Below are positions 37,190 through 47,055 of a stretch of 64,000 nt of DNA, one piece after another. The notes under the pieces were generated by a model. The model saw only the letters and a program-made list of their open reading frames with translations, was not told the DNA's origin and ran no database searches. Source of the DNA: Octopus sinensis (lineage: Eukaryota); the NCBI RefSeq assembly GCF_006345805.1, contig NC_043003.1, positions 47,678,001 to 47,742,000 of the forward strand. The letters run 5' to 3'. Each line of letters starts with the position of its first letter. The first letter of the stretch is position 1. The position numbers were made by a program, and so were the translations under genes.

Positions 37190-37630
37190 GATTATTTACA
37201 TTTGACGGATATTTGCCCTCATCATGTTTGTTGTTAACACGATTTGGCTGATATACCCTCCAGCCTTCATCAGGTCTCTTGAGGAAATTTTGAACCTGGA
37301 TTCTCGATGCTATTATTATTATTATTATTATTATTCAAGTCACTGCCTGGATTGAACTCAGAATCTGGGGTTAGTGGCCCACACTCTTAACCACTATGCC
37401 ATATGCCCATATGCCCATGGACATATGGCGTAGTGGTTAAGAGCATGGGCCACTAACCCCAAGATTCTGAGTTCGATTCCAGGCAGTGACCTGAATAATA
37501 ATAATAATAATATCGAAAAATACCTCAGGAATGAGAATCCAGGTTCAAAATTTCCCCAAGTCACCTGATGAACGCTGGAGGCTATATCAGCCGAAACGTT
37601 GTGTTAATAACAAACAAAATGAGGACAAAT
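37190..37630. mobile_element. Composite foldback element 2 (same architecture, no R4 insertion)
   Basis: Left arm 37190-37312, (TTA)n, tRNA-head palindrome ~37337-37493, (TAA)n, right arm 37513-37630 cut by an RTE fragment. Confidence 0.88.
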
Positions 37631-37639
37631 GCGAGTACT

Positions 37640-38132
37640 TGACCAGTTCCACCTCCACTACTTGCGACGAATCATGGGAATTTCCTGGGAGGATAGAATC
37701 TCCAACACAGGTGCATCACGGAGCCGAAATGCCTGAGAATGCTGAAGGCCCATCATGAAGGCCCAGCTCCTGTGGGTCGGACATGTAGTCTGAATGGACG
37801 ACACACGTCTACCAAAGATGATCTTCTTCTCTGAGCTGGCTTCTGGAGCAAGAAACAATGGAAGGCCACTGAGGTAATACAAGGACAGCCTGAAAACTTC
37901 CCTTGAGGCCTGTGGCATTTCAGCCTGTGGTTGGGAATTGTTTGCCTCTGACTATGGCGCCTGGCATCCAGCTGTCCAAAAGGATGTTAGGCTGTTTGAG
38001 GAAAAGCGCCTCAAGAGCCTGGACCAGAAGCAACAAGCCCGAAAAGAGAGGATCCCCAACCCTACTTCTGCTGTTATGTGCCCAACATGTGGCCGCATCT
38101 TCGCATCCGCCTTTGGGTTCAGCTCCCACCTT
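37640..38132 (+). mobile_element. RTE (BovB/RTE-1-like) LINE C-terminal fragment with C2H2-type finger
   Basis: LRRIMGISWEDRISN, WVGHVV, RLPKMIFFSEL..GRP..YKDSLK and CPTCGRIFAS..G..SHL. Confidence 0.85.
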
Positions 38133-38139
38133 GAAATAT

Positions 38140-39310
38140 TAGTAACTAAAGTTTATATAATTGCTTTAGGATGATTACTATTAAAGTTAATATATTTCAA
38201 ATTATTGTCAGGTTTATGATATGGGTTATATTGAATATATATTCAAAGATATTTTTCCTCTGATAAACTAAGTAATTTAGTATTCTGTACTAGGAATAAT
38301 GTTTATATAAATATGAATAAGTAATTAGAAAAATTATTATATATAATTCTATCTTTTTAAACAATATACATATGTGTATTTATTTAGTTTAATATATTTC
38401 ATTATGTAATGTTCTTTCGAGCTTATGTACATATAATAATTTATAGTATACTATAACTATTACCTTTTCCCTTCTGAAAAACTTAGTAAGATTATGATAT
38501 TTTTAAAATTTATAGTTTATTTTCTCTTTATCTAAAAAATAATACAGGTTATAATTATTGTAGCTCTATGTTTTTGTTTATTTTATTTACGGAGATTATT
38601 TTTCTCTGATAAACTATGTAAACTGGTATTTTTTACTTGTTAGTTACTTAGAATAAGGTTTATATCAATAAGAATAAATAAATGAGAGTAGTTATTATGT
38701 ATTGTCATTATATATAATTATATATCTTTTTGAATAATTATCCATATTTGAATATTATTGTAGTACCTATGAATATTTAGTAGATATACCAACCTTATAT
38801 TCGAACGTATATACACATATAAATTTATAGAATAAAAATATGGATTAACAATTTATTTCATTCTGTAAAACTAAAACTCTGATACTTTATTTATATATTA
38901 TTATCTTTATTAGGTAAAATATGGCATAGTTTTATAATAATCATAACTTTATACATTTGTCTAACATCGGCATATTTGGTAGTAAAATACAGAGTGAATG
39001 AATTATCGATTAAGAAATTTTTTATTGAATTTAGTGTCAGAATTAAAGATATCCTTATTTATTTATCTTTTTTCATTATAATACATAGTAATTTTAAATA
39101 AAATATATTTCCTATTCCACCCTAATTTTTTTAATATATTACATATTATATAGGTATTGATATTATATTATAAAATGGCCAGTAATTATTTTCGATTAAA
39201 ATACTTTTAGATTGATATTATTGGAGATCCATAAGAACATTTTATGACTTGTAAATTTTCTTTACTTAATTATTTTATCCATTTGAATTTTGTTTTTCTT
39301 TTTATTGTAA
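38140..39310. repeat. Extremely AT-rich tract with faint ~350-390-bp internal periodicity
   Basis: The tttttc(c)tctgataaacta...gaataa.gtttatat block recurs at ~38250 and ~38600. The ttctg.aaaact...tgata.ttt block recurs at ~38472 and ~38860. Confidence 0.45.
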
Positions 39311-39370
39311 TTACTAGCAGAGATATCCAGCGTTGCTCGAAATTAAAATGGCATACTTTGTATATAATAT

Positions 39371-39768
39371 ACTAGCAGTATCGCCCGGCGTTGCTCGGGT
39401 TTGTAAGGGAAATAACTATATAAGCATTTTTAGAGATGTAAAGTATAATAGCCATCTCAATATGGCTAACCACAAAGAGGGGGTGTTACTGTAGCTTTTT
39501 ACGTTCTGAGATTTAATAATAAATTTTTAGAGAGTTACTTCCCTTATATATGCCAAAAATGCATTAAAAATGGGAAAAATTGATAGTAAAATATTTTTTA
39601 AATCGTAGACTCATCGTAGACTGGTGCTAATACCCAGAAGGGCTTGATATGAATCACGACAATAAGATACCCGGTTTTGGTTAAACTGCACCGCAAAATG
39701 TGGGAGTAGTTAGGAATGTAAATCGTAGGAGACAGACAGCACACAACCTCACTGTTATATATAAAGAT
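39371..39768 (+). mobile_element. Helentron/DINE-1-like non-autonomous element
   Basis: 5' ACTAGCAGTATCGCCCGGCGTTGCTCGGG subterminal hairpin and 3' GACAGACAG..TTATATATAAAGAT end. A degenerate second 5' end lies at ~39313. Confidence 0.55.
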
Positions 39769-40649
39769 TACAGTTATGTTGAAACAGGTGATATGGGAAA
39801 GTGCTGCATTGGCAACAAAACTTTTGTGGAGTAAATGATGGGCTAATTCGACTAAGTAACATGCTATGTGTCCCTTTGGAGTAATAGGTATTTTTGAATC
39901 AGTATGTTTGCAACTTTTGCAGTTTGGCAGTCCCTCATGAAATTTCATATGTTTTTTTTTAAACCAAGGCCCCGAAGAGGCTTGTATACATAGACAGGAA
40001 TATTTTAGAAATTCATTACTGTATGTAAGCCTAAATAAATTGTTGGCTTTATATGTACTTTTTAAAAATTTGTTATATTATATTGTTATATTTTTAGTTT
40101 GTCAGTTGTATTTCTCTATTTCATTTAATATTTGCGGCAGTGGTGGTGGCGGTGGTGGCAGTGGTGGTGGTGTTGATGGTGGTGGTGGTGGTGGTGGTAT
40201 TACTGATGACAATGGTGATGATAATTATGTTAGCGATAAGGAATTATCTCATGTATTATTCATATAATTAGTTAACATATATGTTGTTTCTTTAATCCAC
40301 CAATACCTCAGCCATCACCTTTACTCTGTAAATAGTTTGTTACACTCCTCTTAGTTCTACAAATGTTGACAACACCTGAGAGAACAATAAACCACCTGTT
40401 TATTTCCACAATTAGACTAAAATATATACAAGAAAGCCAATTGGACTAAAATACTTTGAGAAAAAAATACAAATCATTTTAAGATTTTTTTTTTCTTCAT
40501 TTCAATATATTTTAATAAAACTGCAGAACCAATCTGACTGGTCACTAAACAAATCCTGACCAAACAGAAAGCTGAGAAAGAAAACAAGGAACTTAGAAAG
40601 AAATTATAAAAATCCTGCTGGACTAGATTGTTTTTTAAATATGTCTAAA

Positions 40650-40860
40650 GGTGCAGGAGTGGCTGTGTGGTAAGAAGTTTACTTCCTAACCATATGGTTC
40701 TGGGTTCAGTCCCATTGCATGACGCTTTGGACAAATGTCTTCTACTGTAGACCCGGGGCCAACAAAAGCTTTGTGAGTGGATTGGGTAGATAGAAACTGA
40801 AAGAAGTCCATTGTATGTGTGTGTGTCTATGTTGTTGATTTTTGTTCATCCCTATGTGTG
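40650..40860 (+). mobile_element. CORE-type SINE 5' half
   Basis: ggtgcaggagtggctgtgtggtaag...gggttcagtccca head as at 55834. Confidence 0.75.
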
Positions 40861-41089
40861 TTCATGTATATATATATATATATAGTTTTCAACTACTTAT
40901 AGCAAGCTCTGTTTGGGCATTTAGGATAATCTATATAATCTATAGTCTATTTCCCAGCTATCTTTAATGCTTTTGCACTAAAAGAACCCATGAAAGATAA
41001 GTGTTTTCAAACACAAAAGCAGTGAACATTGACTGAATAAAGAACTCAACACATGCGTAGATTTTAGTAGTTTTTCTTTTCTATTCAAG

Positions 41090-41270
41090 ACATAAGGCCC
41101 GAAATTTTGAGGGAGGGGGCCATTCGATTAGGTTGACCCAGTACACAAATGGTACTTAATTTATCAACCCCGAAACGATGAAAGGGAAAGTCAACCTCGG
41201 CAGAATTTAAACTCAGAACTTAAAGACAGACAATATACTGTTAAGCATTTCACCCGGCGTGCTAGACTCT
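41090..41270 (-). mobile_element. tRNA-derived SINE with Nin-like central domain
   Basis: Reverse complement contains gagtttaaattctgccgaggttgactttccctttcatcgtttcggggttgataaattaagtacc. The domain name comes from my recollection of published Nin-SINE motifs. Confidence 0.6.
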
Positions 41271-41499
41271 TGTAGTTATTAAAATCTGTTGACTGAGGCA
41301 ATGAAGTTTTCCTAGTGATGGTGGAAGAGAAGAAGAGTGAAGTGTGTATTGGTGGTAGAATTGCTTACAAATAGATCAACTACCATCTCTTTTTATACAG
41401 GTACAGTATGCAGGTCAAAGGGCAAGTGATGACAGTGTAATATATGATGGAGAGTTAATAGGAATGTGATGAACAAAAGACTCAATGTAAATATAACTG

Positions 41500-41822
41500 G
41501 TTCTCTGCCTGTTACAATGAAGATGGTTCCAGTTGATCTGATCAAGGGAAAAGCTGGCTCAAGAAATTAACATGCATGTGGCTGAGCACTCCACAGACAT
41601 GTGTACCATTAGTGTAGTTCTCAGGGAGATTCAGTGTGACACAGAGCGTGATAAAACTTGCCCTTTGGAATACAGGTACAACTCATTTTTGGCAGCTGAG
41701 TGGACTAAAGCAATGTGAAATAAAGTGTCTTGCTCAAGAACACAATGTGTTGCCAGGAATTGAACTCACGTCCTTACAATTATGAGCTCAATACCCTAAT
41801 CACTAAACCACATACCTTCACA
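41500..41822 (-). mobile_element. Third tRNA-derived SINE family (also 51125-51430 on - and 43685-43860 on +)
   Basis: The minus strand reads a tRNA-like head (tggtttagtgattag..gagttcaattcc) then tgtgttcttgagcaagacactttatttcacattgct..ccactcagctg. Colinear copy at 51125-51430. Confidence 0.7.
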
Positions 41823-42169
41823 ATGTAAATATATCATAATATCATAACTTCTATCACCACACTGAATATTTTAGCAATCAATTTTGATTCTAGTGCAATG
41901 GTCTTCTTCAGATCAATGTATCACTAATTTTTACTGTCTCTTTTATTAGGTTTTGTTTCATCCTTTGTCTTCTTTGGTTTCCATTTTCTACAGATTCCAT
42001 TGACTTCATGTACATGGCATTTCTTTATACAGTTAACATTCTCTATATGTGTCACCTATACCAATGCAGTCTTCTGTTTTACACACTAGTAATCTGATTC
42101 TTCTTATATATAGTTTTTCTCTTGGTTCATTTGTGCTCCTTCATTCATTTTAACATTACACATACAGTG

Positions 42170-42355
42170 GAGCATGCTCACTCTATTTCTTTGTAGCAGT
42201 CACAAATCTTCTGCATTCAAGGTCCATGTCCCACAATGGTGCAGCACCATTCTTTGTACACAAACATCATACAACCTATCCTCCACTCTGAAAGCAGAAC
42301 CCCTTTGTTGCCAACAGAGGCAATAATTCCCTAAATTTTTTCTCCAGTCTTACTC
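42170..42355 (-). mobile_element. Decayed RTE LINE fragment
   Basis: KFRELLPLLATKG..RLYDVCVQ..GTW remnant. Confidence 0.6.
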
Positions 42356-43075
42356 TTACACACACATGCATGCACGCACGTAATTATGTGTGTGTTTGTG
42401 TAGTTGTGCTGTGTTTATATTCACCACCAATGAGCTTACAGAGTACACTGATGTATTGTGTCCCTTTATTTTTAATACCAGTAGCCTATCCATTTGATAA
42501 AATTACTACCAGCCTGAAATAAGCTCGGGGATCAGTATAATTGACTATCAATGGCTGTGTTACCTTTAGGAATTGTTTTTTAATTGTCCTAATGAAAAAT
42601 TTTCCTGAAAAGATGAAAAGAAATTTAAGCTCTCATCTGTCTGCAAGCTACTTGCAATGAGCAGATGACAACAAAATCATAGTATGGGGAACCACCTGAG
42701 GTGGAGGATCGATCATATTTACAAAACCATCATAGCCAAATACACAAGTTTTTCATTGTGTGTGACAATTCTTTTGACCAAAATATAAACAACTATATAA
42801 TGATAAAGCTGAAAAAACAGTACTCATATAACTTCATTTACGGTAAATTTATGGTTTCATACTTTATTCCAATTTACTACCACAACATTTACATGTACAG
42901 AAACATACATTTTATTCCTAAAAATCAGTCAAAAATATTTTTCAGTCAGTGTATGATGAAACATCAAATTTGTTTTTCTGCAAAATATACTTGTAAAATG
43001 AAAACGCACTTCATGCAAGAAGATGTCTTAAATGCTAGCAAATACAGTATATGAAGTAACTTAATATATATTTCT

Positions 43076-43300
43076 TTACTACCCACAAGGGGCTAAACAC
43101 AGAGGAGACAAAGAAGGACAGACAAGCGGATTAAGTCGATTACATCGACCCCAGTGCGTAACTGGTACTTAATTTATCGACCCGGAAGGATGAAAGGCAA
43201 AGTCAACCTCGGCGGAATTTGAACTCGGAATGTAACAGCAAACAAAATATGGCAACGCATTTCGCCCCGCATGCCAACGTTTCTGCCAGCTCTCCACCTT
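43076..43300 (-). mobile_element. tRNA-derived SINE with Nin-like domain, 45 bp upstream of an exon acceptor
   Basis: Reverse complement reads gagctggcagaaacgttggc...gagttcaaattccgccgaggttgactttgcctttcatccttccgggtcgataaattaagtaccag. Confidence 0.7.
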
Positions 43301-43344
43301 TAAGAAGTAACTTAATATAAGTTAATTCTGTTCTTATATTTCAG

Positions 43345-43514
43345 GTTCTACTGGTTCATCCATGTTGGTGCATTAATTGCATACTCATGTGTGGCCTTAG
43401 TACAGCAGAATATTTCTTTTGAAATTGGTTATTTAATTCCATTTCTCAGTATGTTGTTTGCAATGGTTGCACTGGTCTCTGGACGTAACATTTATAGGCA
43501 CTCTTACCCAGCAG
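43345..43514 (+). CDS. SLC15A4-like: SLC15-like exon (TM5-TM6)
   Basis: ttcAG|G acceptor (phase 2) and G|GTAAG donor (phase 1). Reads (W)FYWFIHVGALIAYSCVALVQQNISFEIGYLIPFLSMLFAMVALVSGRNIYRHSYPA(G). Confidence 0.9.
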
Positions 43515-44049
43515 GTAAGTTCTACAAATACTACTTGCTGGGAGTAATCCTTACTATGGCTAATGCTTTTAATTTTAAGCTAATTATAATATTTATCCTC
43601 CTCTACACTACCTGCTTACTTGTTCCTCTAATACTATGCTAACATACTACTTATTCTCCTCTACTTCTTCCATAAAAACACATGATGGTTAGAATGTTGG
43701 ACTCATCATCATTAGATCCCAGGTTCTATTCTTGAAAGAGGTAGCACATTGTGTCTTTCAGCAAGGCATTCCATTTCACATTGCTCCAGTTACACCCAAC
43801 TGAAAATGAGTACCAGTGGTACTTGGAGGTTAACTCTATAACAGATTAGCATCCCATCAAAGATGTAATGTATTCTCAGACTAAATACCTTGAAAATTCA
43901 GATAATTTCCAGCATCATGAGTCTGGAAGCAGACTTTGCTTCCGTTTCCACCTTCTCTTCCCTTATTTGTTTCTTCCTCTGACTCCTGCTCCTAATCCAT
44001 TTCTTCACCTTCCACTTCAGTTCAAGATTATAACTTCTATAACTCTACT

Positions 44050-44216
44050 GTTAATACAAGTTGCTGCTGCTGCTACTACTACTACATTAACAATGACGAC
44101 GACAACCATGATGACAACAACAATGATGACAATTATAAGAATGGTAATCACCACCATTGCCGCTGATACCATCACAACCACAACCACAACCACCACCATC
44201 ACCACCGCTCCTGCTG

Positions 44217-44258
<42 letters not shown>

Positions 44259-44262
44259 ACAC
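44050..44262. repeat. Compound trinucleotide microsatellite (GCT/ACT/ACC/ATG)
   Basis: Direct reading. Confidence 0.9.
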
Positions 44263-44450
44263 CTCACAAATATTGAAAGAATAATGTCTTTCTATTTTGG
44301 TATATTTATGAACATGCTTAGTCTTGATGTGCAGATATGTTTGGTGGTTGAAAATTCAAAGGAAATATGTGATCAATAAGTGAGTTGCATAGGCAAGCCA
44401 TATACTGTTTTGTCTAAATACAAAAGTGCATGTACATACACACATACACG

Positions 44451-44487
<37 letters not shown>

Positions 44488-45321
44488 CATATATCATTGT
44501 CATCTTTTTAAGAGCCACTTTTCCAAGCTTGCATAGGTCACCACAGGTTCTCTACAGCCAGATGCCCTTCCTGTTGCCAACCCCCATCTGTCTCCAAGAA
44601 CGGTAATACTTCCCCATGGTCGGGCATGTTTTCACAATAGATTAGAAACAGAGGACTCTGCTTGTATGATGGTGATCATTTGCAAATATCATATGATGTC
44701 AAGACGCAAACACACTCTTGCGCACACAAACTCTCACTCACACAAACACGTGCACGCGCGCACACTCACACACATTCTCTCTCTCTCACACACACACACA
44801 CACGGCATATATCTTTCAGTTTCTGCTAACCAGATCCACTCAAGATTTTAGTCAGCTTGGAAGGAACTGTAGAAGACAGTTACCCAAGTTACTACACAGC
44901 AGGACTGAATCCTAAACTATGTGGTTGGAAAGTAAATTTCTTAACTGCATAGCCATGCCTGCACTTTTGCATTTTCATACATCATCTTATGGTGCACCTG
45001 TATACTTCATCAGAGATGTTTTGCATGTTTTCACAATCAGGACCCTCACTGAGGCAATCTAAGAATTGATCAAGTCCTAGGTTGTGTCCAGTTAGCAAAA
45101 TGATCTTTGCAGTAGGACTAAGTATGTTTATATACAACCAATGCTGATGTGTTTATGTCCCATAACTTAGTGGTTCGGCAAAAGACACTGATAGAATAAG
45201 TAATAGGCTTACAAAGAATAAGTCCTGGGGTCGATTTCTTCAACTAGAACCCTTTAAGACGATGCCTCAGCATGTCTGCAGTCAAATGACTGAAACAAGT
45301 AAAAGATTAAAAGAATATAAA

Positions 45322-46188
45322 CATGGTTTGCTCAATAAGTATCTGAACTGTTGCCATAGTAATGAAGCTAAAGCATGCAGATTAAAGTTGCTTAGCACAG
45401 TTTGACCTTGAACTCCACTATGCATGTGCATTAAGTTTTAACGTTCTAGCTCACTTCCACTGTTTACAGCAGTGCTTGGAAGGAAGGTGTGTAGCATGTG
45501 ATTGTCACATGACAGAAAGCTGAGCAGAGAATCTGCATCAAATTTTGCCAAAATCTTGGTGATACTTGCTCAGAGGCCTATGCAAAGTTTTCAAAAAGTT
45601 TTCATTGTTCTCGACACAACCAAGGAGATCTTGTGCAACTAAAACCCGAGTGTCATTTTGGTCAGCTGAAAGCAGTTTTGGCAGAAACATATCTCATACC
45701 CAAATCTTCAGTGACAATGGACTAAATGGAACTGTAACTAATCTGCTCATCCTCTGATAACTCACGGACAATTTTCCCTCACAGTTGCATGCACATCAGC
45801 AATGTTTTTCTCATTTCTGCTGGTTGCAGGTCTCTCAGAATGTTCATCAGTATCGATATTTTTTCAGCCATCGTGGAAATGTCTGACTCACTTGTACACC
45901 TCTGTGCAGCTCATACACTCTTCTCCATACACTTTCTGCAACTTTGTGTAGGCTTCTGAGCAGGTATAGCCATGACAACTTCCTCTGTCATGGTCAATGC
46001 AACTATCACACACTACATACTTTCCTTTCAAGCACTGGTGGGAGTGAACAGTGAGAGTGAACTCGAATGTTAAAACTTAGTGCACATGCACAGCAGAGTC
46101 CAAGGTCAATCTTTGCGAAGTGGCTTCAATCTGCATGCTTTAGCTTTGTTACTATGGCAACAGTCTGGATTCTTATTGGTTCAACTTG
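45322..46188. mobile_element. Mariner-derived foldback element with two 5' ends (~270-bp inverted arms)
   Basis: Both termini read the same TIR plus 5' UTR plus transposase start (E.RICIKFCQ). The longer minus-strand arm continues through the HTH region to ENDENFLKT. Confidence 0.85.
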
Positions 46189-46234
46189 TGTGTGTGTGTA
46201 TATATATATATATATTTCGTTTTATATATACATT

Positions 46235-46355
<121 letters not shown>

Positions 46356-46471
46356 TTGCCAACCCAGCTGGCAACTGTGCCGGTGGCACGTAAAAAGCAC
46401 CCACTACACTCATGGAGTGGTTGGCGTTAGGAAGGGCATCCAGCCATAGAAACGTTGCCAGATCAGACTGG

Positions 46472-46843
46472 GCCTTTAAAGGTAAAATTTATACATAATT
46501 TACAAGATAAGGGCAGAAGAAAAATTCTAATTCTTTTTTCTATTTGGATATATTTGGGGTACTTAAGTCTGCTCGGGACTTGGTGCTTGCTTCTTCCATG
46601 GGTATGAATAAGTATTTCATTTATATCTCGTGTATGTGCCGCTGAAGAGGGGAAAATTTCTTGTGAATTAACCCCGAAATTGGACCAATATGGTAATAAC
46701 GAATTTTTTAGAGATTTCTATCGGTTTGTTTCGAGACGCATAAATTTAATGGTTATCAACAATATTTTGTTTCGGCGTATCTGGCATTAGAATTTTTCTT
46801 CTGCCTATCTTGTAAATTATGTATAAATTTTACCTTTAAAGGC
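46472..46843. mobile_element. ~370-bp element with ~58-bp terminal inverted repeats carrying a hammerhead ribozyme
   Basis: gcctttaaaggtaaaatttatacataatttacaagata..ggcagaagaaaaattctaat at 46472-46531, inverted at 46786-46843. It interrupts an RTE 3' UTR fragment. Confidence 0.8.
46637..46695 (+). ncRNA. Type I hammerhead ribozyme with intact catalytic core
   Basis: Stem I UGCCG/UGGUA, CUGAAGA, stem II GGGG/CCCC (19-nt loop), GAA, stem III AUUG(GAC)CAAU, AUA triplet. Predicted cleavage after 46690. Confidence 0.8.
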
Positions 46844-46928
46844 ATTTTTTGATATGCTGGCCATTGATAAAATTTTTTTTCCGAAAAAAATTTTATCCTA
46901 TATCAATTATATATATGTATATATATAT

Positions 46929-46959
<31 letters not shown>

Positions 46960-46972
46960 GTGTGTGTATATA

Positions 46973-47027
<55 letters not shown>

Positions 47028-47055
47028 ATATATATATGTATATATATATATATAT

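Noticed and set aside
38140-39310. Mitochondrial insertion (NUMT), also considered for 57100-58120
   Set aside because: I found no recognisable mitochondrial protein, rRNA or tRNA segment in the frames tried with the invertebrate mitochondrial code. A BLAST would be needed to exclude it fully.
41401-42110. Candidate acceptors for the missing TM3-TM4 exon (41401, 41950; also 25835)
   Set aside because: The phase-1 frames stop early or give no GxGGxK/FG motif and no suitable phase-2 donor.
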